From the human T2T-CHM13v2.0 reference genome, Homo sapiens: a DNA stretch of 64,000 bases. The translations under genes were made by a program, and so were the position numbers. Location of the stretch: the NCBI RefSeq assembly GCF_009914755.1, contig NC_060926.1. The stretch is one strand, 5' to 3'. Below are positions 24,439 through 35,621 of this stretch, in pieces; position 1 is the first letter of the stretch, and each line of letters opens with the position of its first letter. The notes under the pieces were generated by a model. It was not told where the DNA came from and searched no databases. It saw nothing but the letters and a program-made list of their open reading frames with translations.

Positions 24439-24693
24439 CGCTCTGTCACCCTTGCTAGAGTTTAGCTCACTGCAGCCTCAAACTCCTAGGCTCAAATGAT
24501 CCTCCCACCTCAGCCTCCTGAGTAGCTAGGACTACAAGTGCACACCACCATGTCAGGCTAATTTTTGTATTTTTTGTAGAGACAGGGTACCGCTATGTTG
24601 CCTAAACTGGTCTCAAACTCCTGGTCTCAAGTGATCCTCCTGCCTCAGCCTCCCAAAGTGTTAGGATTACAGGTGTGAGCCACTGTACCTGGA
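24439..24693 (-). mobile_element. AluJ lacking its poly-A tail
   Basis: cgctctgtcacc...gctcactgcagcctcaaactcctaggctcaaatgatcctccc...gagccactgtacctggac. Confidence 0.92.
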
Positions 24694-25675
24694 CTATTTG
24701 GTTAAGTTTTAAACTTTCTTAGCAAAATAAAAAGATAGCCACCTCACACATTAGTCTCTGCTTTTTTTTATTGAGGTATAATTTATACATCTCAATTAAA
24801 TAAATAAAACTTAAGTTTTATTGCTCAAAAGGTTTTAAAAAAATGCATATTTCCAATATCTGACACATACAATGTTCCCTGTGCCCATTCTCGGTCAATT
24901 CCCACCCACTTCACCAAAGGCCCCTGCTCTTCTTTAAAAAATATATTCATCATAGATTATTCTATTTCCTCTAGACCATCATGTCAGTAAAATCTTACAA
25001 TAGATACTCTTTTGATGGGCTTACTTCACATAGCAAAATGTTTCTGAGATTTACTGATGTTGTTGCAAGTTTCATAGTTATTGCTTAGTTTTCTTCTGTA
25101 TAGATATACCATAGTTTATGTATTCATCTGTTACTGGATATTTGCATTACTTCTAGTTTAGGGCTAGTATGAAAAAAGCTGCTGTGGAAATGGATATGTA
25201 AGTCTCTGTGTAAACATGTGTTTTCATTTCTTTTGGGTACATACACAGAAGAAGAATTGCTGGGTCATGTGGTATGTCCATGTTTAACTTGATACGAAAC
25301 TGTTAAACTTTTCCAAAGTGGATGTACCATTTTATATGCTCAGTAGAATAAGAAACTCCTATTTCACTATATCCTTGCAAACAATTGGTATTGTCAGCCT
25401 TTTCAATTTTAGCCACTCTGGTGGGTGTGAAATGGCATTTTATTGTAGTCTTTATTTGTATTTTCTTAATGACTAATGATACCATTTTTTTCTTGTTTAT
25501 TGGCTATCTTCTTTAAGAAAGTATCTGCTCAAATTTTTCCATCTATTCTGGCATTAGCTGCATCCCAGCAATTTTCATATGCTTTCTTTTTGAATCATTT
25601 ATGACAAAATATTTTGTAAGTTTTTGTTTTATTTGATTTATGGGTTATTAAAATTTATATTGTTCAATTTCTAAG

Positions 25676-26171
25676 TGAAACCAGCCCAATTGTCCCATGC
25701 AACTGATTTTTATGCTTTCTTTGAATAAACGTAGAAATTGACCCTCCAAGTCTTAAAGCTTGAGAAAGTTACATTTGTCTTATCTGAGTTCCTTTCTCAG
25801 ATAGATAGACCATTGGGCCTCCAAAATAGTATCAAGAAGCTAAAACTTACCAGATGACCACATCCAGCAATGAGATGCCAGACTCCTCATCCATCATGAT
25901 TGCTTAAATGACCACCTGCTTCCTGTTGATCAACTTCTCTTTCTAACGTCCCTAATTTCTATTTTCCCACATATGGTTACATTCTTTCCCTGCTGTACAA
26001 ACCTCTAATTTTAGTAGGCTGAGGAGATGGATTTAAGACTGATCTTCCATGCTCCTTGGCTGCACCACCCAAATAAAGCCTTCTTTCCTGGCAATACCCA
26101 TTGTCTTAGTGATTGGCTTTTTGTGCAGTGTGCAGCAGGACCTAGACTGAACCCCTGGTGTTTTGGTAACA
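25676..26171 (+). mobile_element. ERV1 solo LTR (LTR54-like), second copy
   Basis: tgaaaccagcccaattgtccc...cctggtgttttggtaaca; degenerate 4-bp TSD taag/ctag within L1. Confidence 0.85.
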
Positions 26172-26273
26172 CTAGTATTTGGGGTTTTTCAGACTACTTA
26201 TTGATTAGTAACATAATTGATTATATTACTATGTTAGTAATATATTATGTTACTATGTTAGTAATACATAATG

Positions 26274-26409
26274 GCTTAGTATTAAGCCAAAGATCTCAAA
26301 GGACCTCTGTGCTTATTTCTGGTGCTCCTTTTCTGCACAGCTCCCTCCTCCCTGGAGCCCTGCCCAGCAAATTTCCTGCTGCCTCCAATTATGATATCTT
26401 CCTCCATAG
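26274..26409 (+). repeat. 136-bp templated copy of 27704-27839
   Basis: 132/136 identical, no gaps; flanked by 21-bp direct repeats. Confidence 0.97.
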
Positions 26410-27005
26410 TTATTGATTAGTAATATAATTCTGTTTTGATCAGAGAACAGACTTTGTGTGAATTTAACACTTTGATATTTATTAAAACTTCTTTATTTCC
26501 CAGCAGGTGGTCAATATTAGGGAATAGTCCATGATCACTTGAAAAGATTGAGTATTTTGCCATTATTGTGTGGAGTGTTTTATAAATGTCACTTAAATTA
26601 ATCTAGTTGATAGAGTTTTTAAAATCTATATCCTTAATGATTTTTGCCTACTTGTGCTATAAATCTATGTATTTATCCTGTTACTAGTACATACAGATAA
26701 TCTTTGTGCTTCAGTTTGGAATATATTATTCTAAATATTATTATAAATTATTTCACTAGAACAATAAATTCAGGTTTATCAATGTTTTCTTTTGCAGTAT
26801 CTAATCTAATCCCAAGTGAAACAAGTGGATTTTTAAATTTCACATATTTTAATTTTTTACCTCTGTAAGTTTCATTTGGTTCTTTTCTTATTTCTTCCAC
26901 TCTTTTTGTCATCAAATTTAGGTTTTCCTTGAAATTCATTAGAATATTAGTAATAGATGCTTTATAGCCTTTGAGTGTTTTCCTTTTACTTAGTAATTTC
27001 TGGGA

Positions 27006-27250
27006 TTTTGTTTGTTTTTACAAATCCTTGTGTTGAGGGCTGACTTTCAATAGATGACAGTGAGGGTGCTGCTTTGCTAGGTAAGAAACCCCGACCCAGA
27101 AGCTGGTCCTCTAGGAATGCTTTAGCACCAGGTTTCCCACGAACGTGAGTTGTGTGATGGGCGAGGGAGCGGCCACCTTTCCACAACACTCCATTTCCCA
27201 GGACAAGGGGCACTCTGCACTGGACTCCTGTCCAGGCGCCCGGCGTGGGG
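27006..27250 (-). pseudogene. Retrocopy of the 28S rRNA 3' end (LSU-rRNA fragment, SINE28-like)
   Basis: acaaatccttgtgttgagggctgactttcaatagat...gaaaccccgacccagaagc...tttcccaggac is the reverse complement of the 28S 3' terminus; T-rich tail at 27006-27019. Confidence 0.92.
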
Positions 27251-29561
27251 TAGAGTGGCCCACCCTTGGGTTGTTTTTTAATTGAACAAATTTTTTTCCT
27301 AAAAACAGATCACATTCCCCACTCTTCACAGATCTAGTAATTTTTTCTTAGTGCAGGATTTTGAGATCGATATATTGTTGAGAGCCCAGATTTTGTTTAT
27401 TTCCTTTAAAGAGTACTTAGTTTTATTCTTCAAGGCATTTAATTTTTGGCAGATCAGTTTGATCATTTCAAGGCTTATTTTAATGCTTTTTTAGAATAGG
27501 TCATAATTTTCTCTTGTATTCTGAGGCTTTTCTAAAGTCTCAAAGAATGCCTGGGGTGTTCAGTAAGATGTTTTGTTCTTCACTCTGGCTGATGAGAAAT
27601 CCTAACACTGAGTAATCTCTGGAATATCTACATGTCCAACCCACGGTTCCCCTAGAAGCTGCTCTCCACCAGCCCTTGCAGAGTTTCCCCATGTGCAGAT
27701 GCAGCTTAGTATTAAGCCAAAGATTTCAAAGGACTTCTGTGCTTATTTCTGGTGCTCCTTTTCTGCACAGCTCTCTCCTCCCTGGAGCCCTGCCCAGCAA
27801 ATTTCCTGCTGCCTCCAATTATGATATCTGCCTCCATAGCTAAGTACCCTGCTTGGGATCTCTCTCCCTTACCTTTATTTGGAAAGTGCTTCCAGGCAAA
27901 AAGCTGGAATAATTATAGGGTTCACCTCATTTGTTTCCCTTTTCTCAGGGATCAAAGTACTGTGCTGCCTATTGTCCGAAGTCTGAAAACATTTGCTTCA
28001 ATTACTTGGTTGAGTTTTATAACTTTTTATGTCAAGGGAGTGGGTCTAGTGTCAGTTACTCTGACATTGCCAGAAGCAGAGGTCCACATTCCTTCTAACA
28101 TCTTTTTAAGGTATGAAGTATTCTTAAAAGTCTGGGAACAACTAATTTCATGATGCCTTATAATATTAACATATCAAAAAATTTGTCATTCTAATATTCC
28201 CCAAACACACTGAACATCTTCTGTGCACCTATCATTGTCAGGTACACATTTATTGTGGGAATCAAAGGTAAATAACACAGGACCTCTCTCCTTGAGAAGC
28301 CTGCAGTCTAGTAGAAATAAAAGCTCTTTTGATATGGTATGAAATACCTTACATAATTAGAAATGTGGCAAAAAGCACATTTGATAGTATGATTATTTTT
28401 TGGATAGAGTAGGTATCAGGAATATGTATGTTTTTATGCCTATATGGATTAAAAGAGTTCACACTTTACTCAGCAAGCCATTTATGTGTGATTTCATGTC
28501 TAGCTTCTCCCATACAATCTAATTTGATAACTAGTGATGAAATTGATATACACTTTCCTCACTTAAAAGACAAGTTGTGAAGAATTTTTACTTTAAGGTA
28601 AAGACAAGATATGAACTAGGGCCATGCAAAGCCCAGTTTTCTATTATTTTGATTTTAGCATTCTATATGCCTATATTGTCTCATATTAGGTCACTTCCAG
28701 AGATCTCAAACATTCAGGCGTCTCTGGGCATGACAAATCTAGGGGTGGGGCAAACTCAACTTTTTTTAAATAGCTTTATTGAGGAATAATTTATATGCAA
28801 TAACAGTCACCCTCTAAAAATATTAAATTCAGCAGAGTTTTTTTGTATGTTCACAGAATTTTGCAACCATCCCTGCTATCTAATATTCAGACGTATTCAT
28901 GACCTCAGAAAGAAATTCTGTATCCATAAGCAGTCACTCCCCATTCCCTCTCCAAGCCCCTGGAAATGACCAATCTTTATGTGCCTATGAATTTGAGTAA
29001 CTGGATATTTCATATAAACGGAATCATACTATATGTGGCCTTTTATGAAAAACTTCTTCATTCATCACATTTATAAACTTTACCCATGGTGTAGTATGTA
29101 TCAATTCTTCATTCATTATTATTGCTAAATAATATCTCAACTCATGGATATGCCACATTTTGTTTATCCATTCAGCAGTTGATGGAAATTTGGATTGTTT
29201 CCACATTTTGGCTATTATGAATAATGCTGCTATGATCATTCATATACAAATTTTTGTGAGTATATGTTTTTTCATTTCTCTTGGATACTTACCAAGGAAT
29301 GTAGTTACAAGGTCATATCATAAGTCTATATTTAACACTCTGAGGAACTTCCAAACCATTCTCCAAAGCAGCTGCACCATTTTGCAGTCCTAACAACAAT
29401 GTCTGAGAGTTCCAATTTCTCCATGTACTTACCATCACTGCTACTGTCTATTTTATGTAATCATCCTTTGAGTACAAAGTAGTATCTCATTTTAATTTGA
29501 ATTTCTGTAATTACTAATGATGGTGATCTTTTCATGGGTTTTTCACTATCAATTGAGTTGT

Positions 29562-29878
29562 CTCTCTCTCTCTCTTTCTCTTTTTTTTTTTTTTTTTTAA
29601 GACGGTCTCACTCTGTCACCCAGGCTGAAGTGCAGTAGAATGATGACAGTTCATTGCAGCCTCGTCCTCCTGGACTCAAGTGATCCTCCCACCTCAGCCC
29701 CCTGAGTAGCTGGGAATACAGTCACATGCCAACATGCCCAGCTAATTTTTTTGCACTTTTTATAGAGGCAGGGTTTCGCTGTGTTGCCCAATCTGATCTG
29801 GGACTCCTGGGCTCAAGTGATCTGCCCATCTCAGCCTTCCAAAGTGTTGGGATTACAGGTATGAGCCATAGTGCCTGT
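29562..29878 (-). mobile_element. AluJ
   Basis: (CT)n/poly-T tail then gacggtctcactctgtcacccaggctg...tgagccatagtgcctg. Confidence 0.93.
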
Positions 29879-30419
29879 CAAATTGTGTCTTTATTGTTGA
29901 TTTGTAATTAAGTTATAATAGTTTATTATATGAGCTGAGTACAAGTCCCTAATCAGATTGATGATTTGCAAATATTTTCTACCATTTTATGAGTTGTATT
30001 TCTTGATGATGTGCTTTGAAGTACAAGTTTTTAATATTGAAGTGTAGTTAGTCTATTCTTTGTCACACATGATGTTTGTGTCATATCTATGAAACCATGC
30101 CTAATGAAAGGTCATAAAAAAGTACTCCTACATTATCTTCTAAAAGTTTTAGACTTTAATGTTCATTTTTAGTCTATGATCCATTTTGAGTTAATGTTTA
30201 TACGTAGTGTGACAGAGGGATCCAAATTAATTGTTTTGCATATGGATATCCATTTGTCTCTGTCATTTGTTGAAAAGATTTTTGATACCCATTGAAATTT
30301 TTTGGTCCACTTGTTAAAAATAAATGGACTGAAATGTAGGTATATTTATTAACTAAAATCTCAATTCCCAAATTCTACTGCATTGATCTATATGTCTATG
30401 CCTATGCAAGTATCACATT

Positions 30420-32727
30420 TGATATGCTTATGCAAGTGTCACATTTGGGTGGGCTCTGTGCCCCCACCCAAATCTCATCTCAAATTGTAATCCCCACATG
30501 TTGGAGGAGGGGCCTGGTGGAGGGTGATTGAATTATGGAGGTGGACTTCTCCCTTGCTGTTCTCATGTTAGTAAGTTCTCATGAGATCTGATGGCCCCAC
30601 TCTCCTGCCACCATGTAAGACATGTCTTGCTTCCCCTTCAGCCATGATTGCAAGTTTCCTGAGTCCTCCCCAGCCACGTGGAACTGTGAGTCAATTAAGC
30701 CTCTTTTCTTTATAAATTACACAGTCTCAGGTAGTTCTTTATAGCATTGTGAAAATTGACTAATACAGAAAATTGGTACCTGGAGTAATGGGGTATTGCT
30801 ATAAAGACACTTGAAAATGTGGAAGCAACTTTGGAACTGGGTAACAGGTAAAGGTTGGATGAGCTTGGAGGACTCAGAAAAAGGCAGTAAGATGAGGGAA
30901 AGTTTGGAACTTCCTAGAGACTTGTTGAATGGTTTTGACCAAAATGCTGATCGTGATATGGACAATGAAGTCCAGGCTGAGGTGGTCTCAGACAGAGATG
31001 AGGGACTCATTGGGAACTAGAGCAAAGGTCACTCTTGTTATGCTTTAGCAAAGAGACTGGTGGTATTTTACCTCTGCCCTAGAGCTCTGTGAAACTTTAT
31101 ACTTGAAAGAGGTGATTTAGGGTATCTAGTGGAAGAAATTTCTAAGTAGCAAAGTGTTCAAGATGTGACCTGGCTTTTTCTCAAAGTGTACTCTCATATG
31201 TTGAAGAAAGAGATGGTCTGAAACTGGAATTTATGTTTAAAAGGGAAGCAGAGGGTACAAGTTTGGAAATTTTGCAGCCTGATCATGCTGTAGAAAAGAA
31301 AAATCCATTTTCTGGGGAGAAATTCAAGCCTGCTGCAGAAATTTATGTAAGTAACAAGGAGTGGAAGGTTAATAGACAAGACAATGGGGAAAATGTCTCC
31401 AGGGCATGTCAGAGATCTTCAAGGCAGCACCTCCCATCACAGGTCCTGAGGCCTAGGAGGAAAAAAATGATTCCCTGGGTCAGGCCCAGGACCCTGCTAC
31501 TACATGCAGCCTCAGGACATGGTACCCTGTGTCCCAGATGCTCCAGCTCCAGCTGTGGCTGAAAGGGGCCAACATACAGTTGGGGCTGTTGCTTCAGAGG
31601 GTGCAAGCCTCAAGCCTTGGCAGCTTCTATGTGGTGTGGGTGTGTGGAAGTGCAGAGACAAGAGTTGAGGTTTGGGAACCTAAGACTATTAGAGGATGTA
31701 TGGAAATGCCTGGATGTCTTAGCAGAAGTCTGCTGCAGGGGTAGAGCCCTCATAAAGAACCTCTACAAAGGCAGTGGAGAGGGGAAATGTGGGGTAGGAG
31801 CCCCCACTAAAGCACTGCCTAGTGGAGCTGTGAGAAGAGAGCCACTGTCCTCCAGACACCAGAAAGGTAGATCCACTGACACCTTGCACCATGCACCTGG
31901 AAAAGCCACAGGCACTCAATGCCAGCCCACGAAGGTAGCTGTGGGGACTGTGACCTGCAGACCCATGGAGGCAGAGCTTCCCAAGGCCTTGGGAGCCCAC
32001 CCCTTGCATCAGCATGCCCTGGATCTGAGACATGGAGTCAAAACAGATTATTTTGGAGCTTTAAGATTTAGTGACTGCCCTACAGGGATATGGACGTCAG
32101 TGGGGCATGGAGACACTTTGTTTTGGCCAATTTCTCCCATTTAGAATGGGAGCGCTTACCCGATGTCTGTACCCACATTATATCGTGGAAGTAACTAACT
32201 TTTTTATTTTACTGGCTCATAGGCAAAAGGGACTTGCCTTGTCTCAGATGAGACTTTGGACTTGGACTTTTCAGTTAATGCTGGAATGAGTTAAGACTTT
32301 TAGGGACTGTTGAGAAGGCACGATTGGTTTTGAAATGTGAGGACATGAGATTTGGGAGAAGCCAGGGTGGAATGAAATAGTTAAGCTTTGTGTTCCCACC
32401 CTAATCTCATCTCAAATTGTAATCCCCAAGTGTTGGAGGAAGGGCTTGGTGGGAGGTGATTGATTTATGGGGGCAGGCTTCTCCCTTGTTGTTGTCATGA
32501 TCGTAAGTGAGTTCTCATGAGATCTGATGGTTTTAAAGTGTGGCACCACTCCCCCAGCCTCCTGCCACCATGTAAGACATACCTTGCTTCCATTTTCTGC
32601 CATGGTTACAAGTTTCCTGAGGCCTCCCCAGCCATAGGGAACTGTGAGTCAATAAAACTTCTTTCCTTTATAAGTTACCCAGTCTTAGGTAGTTCTCTAT
32701 AGCACTACCTAAAACAGAACGAATACA
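30420..32727 (+). mobile_element. Full-length MST (MSTA-like) MaLR: LTR 30420-30767, internal 30768-32372, LTR 32373-32727
   Basis: Two homologous LTRs flank the MaLR internal sequence (aatgtggaagcaactttggaactgggtaacagg); 5-bp TSD acatt/acact. Confidence 0.93.
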
Positions 32728-33727
32728 ACACTGTCCTGTTTATTATAGTTGTAGTATGTTTTAAAATTAAGAAATAAAAGTATCCCAACTTTATTATTTT
32801 TAAAGATTGTTCTGGCCATTCTGGGACCCTTGCATTTTCATGTGAAGCTTAGAATCAGCTTTGTAAATTTCTACAAAAAAAGCAACTGGGGTTTTTTATA
32901 GAAATTTTGTGAAATACGTCAATTTGGGGAATATTGCCATCTCAACAATATTAACTCTTCCAATACATGAACACATTATATCTTTCCATTTATTTAGTTT
33001 ATCTTTAATTTCCTTCAGCAATGTTTTGCAGTTTTGGCATATGCATCTTACATTTATTTTCTTAAGTATATTCCTAAGTATTCTATTCTTTTTAATATGA
33101 TTGTAAATGGAATTGTATATTTAATTTCTAGATGGCTCATTGTAAGCATATGGAAATGCAATTGATTTTATATACTGGTCTTGTATATTCTTCAACCTTA
33201 TTGAACTTATTTATGAGTTCTAATAGTTGTGTGTGTGTGTGTGTGTGTTCCCAGGATTTTCTTTATATAAGATTATATATTCTATAAATAGTTACAGTTT
33301 TATTTCTTCTTTTCTAATCTGGTGGCTTTTTTCTTAATTGCCCTAACTATAACCTTCAATATAATGTTGAATATACATGCTGAAAGAGGACGTATTTTCT
33401 TATTCTTAGTTTTAGGGGAATAATTCAGTCTCTCACCATTAATTATGATGTTAACTGTGGGTTTTTCCTGGATATTCTTTATAGAATTGAGGAAGTTTCC
33501 TTCTATTTGTCTGTTAATGATTTTTATCATGAAAAAGTGTTAGGTTCTGTTGGATGGTTTTTTTTGTGTGTCTATTGAGATGATCATGTGTTTATTGGAA
33601 TTTCCTTTATTGCTTGAGTGATTTTTGGATACCAGGTCAACTCTGTATTCCATGAGTAAATCTCACTTGATCATAGTGTATAATCGATTTTATACATTGC
33701 TCAGTTTGAATTTTGTTGAGAGTGTTA

Positions 33728-34218
33728 ATTGATAAAACTTTGACTAGACGGACCAAGAAAGCGAAAGTATTAAGGCTCAACTTACTAACATCAGGACTTA
33801 AAGGGAACGTCACTGGTGACTGTAAAGAATTAGAAAGCATTACAAGGGAAATGCTATGAACAATTGTACACCAACACATTAGATAACCTACATAGAATTG
33901 ACAAATTCCTATAAAGACACAAACTATCAAAACTGACTCAAGAAGAAATATAATTACGAAAAAACATAACAAATAAAGAGGTTGAATTAGTAATTTAATA
34001 ACATTCCACAGAGAAAAAAGTGACTTCACTGGTGAATTCTACCAACATTTAAAGAATAATTAAATCCAATACTTTATAAATACTGTCAAAAAATAAAACA
34101 GGAGCAAAATTTGCCAGTTCACACCACGAAGCCTACATTAACCTGACACCAAACCAGACAAAAACATCATGTGAAAACTGCAGACCAATATTTCATATAA
34201 ATATAGATACAATACTTT
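33728..34218 (+). mobile_element. Inverted L1 ORF2 segment inside the minus-strand L1
   Basis: Sense L1 ORF2 text (ctatgaacaattgtacaccaac; cttcactggtgaattctaccaacatttaaagaa) between antisense flanks. Confidence 0.85.
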
Positions 34219-34483
34219 TTAATTCTGTAAAATCACTGGTGATATTCTCTTTAAATCCTGATGTTAGTGACCTGAGTCTTCCTAGTTTCTTGGTCTGTCT
34301 AGCTACCATTTTGTCAATTTTGTTAACCTTTTCAAAGAATCATCTTTTGGTTTCATTGATTTTCTCTATTATTTTTCTAGTCTCTGTTTCATTTATTCCA
34401 ACTGTAATATTACTTTGTTTTGCTTGTTTTGGTTCCAGTTTGGTCCTTTTTGCATATATAAAGTGAGTTTGTCAAATTTACAT

Positions 34484-35621
34484 CTTTATTTTTTATTTAC
34501 TTTTAATTTAACTTTTAAATTCGGGGGTACATATGCAGGTTTGTTTTATAGGTAAACTTGCATCATAGGGGTTTGTTGTACAGACAATTTCATCACCCAG
34601 GTATTAAGCCTAGTACCCATTAGTTATTTTTCCTGATTTTCTTCCTCTACCCACTCTCCATCCTCCAAAAGGACCCAGTGTGTGGTGTTCCTCTCTGTGT
34701 GTCCATGTGTTCTCATCATTTAGCTCCCACTTATAAGTGAGAATATGCGGTATTTGGTTTTCTGTTTCTGTGTTAGTTTTTTAAGGATAATGGCCTCTGG
34801 CTCCATTCATCTTCTTACAAAGGACATGTCTCATTCTTTATTATGGTTGCATAGTATTCCATGGTGTATATATACCACATTTTCTTTATGCAGTCTACAA
34901 TTGATGGGCATTTGGGTTGATTCCACATCTTTGCTATTGTGAATAGTGCTGCATGAACATACGCATGCATGTGTCTTTATAACAGAATGGTTTATATTCC
35001 TTTGGGTGTATACCCAAAGGAATGGATTGCTAAGTCACATGATATTTCTGTTTTTGGGTCTTTGAAGAATCACCACACTGTCTTCCACATGGTTGAACTA
35101 ATTTACACTCCCACCTACAGACTATAAGTGTTTCTTTTTCTACACAGCCTCACCAGAGTTTGTTTTTTGTTTGTTTTTACAGCAATTCTGACTTGTATGA
35201 GATAATATCTAATTGTGGTTTTGATTTGTATTTCTCTAATAATCCATGATGTTGTTAAGTTTCTTATAGATGCTGGATATTAGACTGGATGCATAGTTTG
35301 CAAATATGTTCTCCATTCTGTAGGTTGTCTGTTCACTCTGTTGATAGCTTTCTTTGATGTGCAGAAGCTCTTTAGTTTAATTAGATCCCATTTTTCAATT
35401 TTTGCATTTGTTGCAACTGCTTTTGGAGTCTTCATCATGAAATCTTTGCCTGTTCCTATGTCAGAATGATATTGCCTAGGTTGTCTTCCAGGGTTTTTAT
35501 AGTTTTGGGTTTTACAGTTAAGTCTTTAATCCATCTTGAGTTAATTTTCATATATGGTATAAGGAAGGGATCCAGTTTCAATCTTTTGCATATGGCCAGC
35601 CAGTTATTCCAGCACCATTTA
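34484..35621 (-). mobile_element. 5'-truncated L1PA (PA13-16-like)
   Basis: ggggtacatatgcaggtttg...catcacccaggtattaagcctagtaccc...ttagctcccacttataagtgagaat; ends at ccagcaccattta. Confidence 0.9.

Larger units (their letters stand above)
24762..28085 (-). mobile_element. Old L1M (MC/ME-like), internally deleted or composite, with nested inserts
   Basis: Antisense 3' end ttttattgaggtataatttataca; ORF2 C-terminal remnant (ORF 25303-25485 QIKTTIKCHFTPTR); 5' end-like gttactctgacattgccagaagcagaggtcc. Confidence 0.7.

Noticed and set aside
16064-26171. Two same-family LTRs 9.6 kb apart as the ends of one provirus
   Set aside because: Each has its own 4-bp TSD, no PBS or gag/pol is visible, and the interval is filled with older L1/L2/MLT elements; these are independent solo LTRs.
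27006-27250. Functional rRNA gene
   Set aside because: Short, diverged, tailed fragment with no rDNA context.
30665-30677. PRDM9 hotspot 13-mer in MaLR LTRs
   Set aside because: Sequence is CCTCCCCAGCCAC, not CCTCCCTNNCCAC; the THE1 LTR copies also mismatch.
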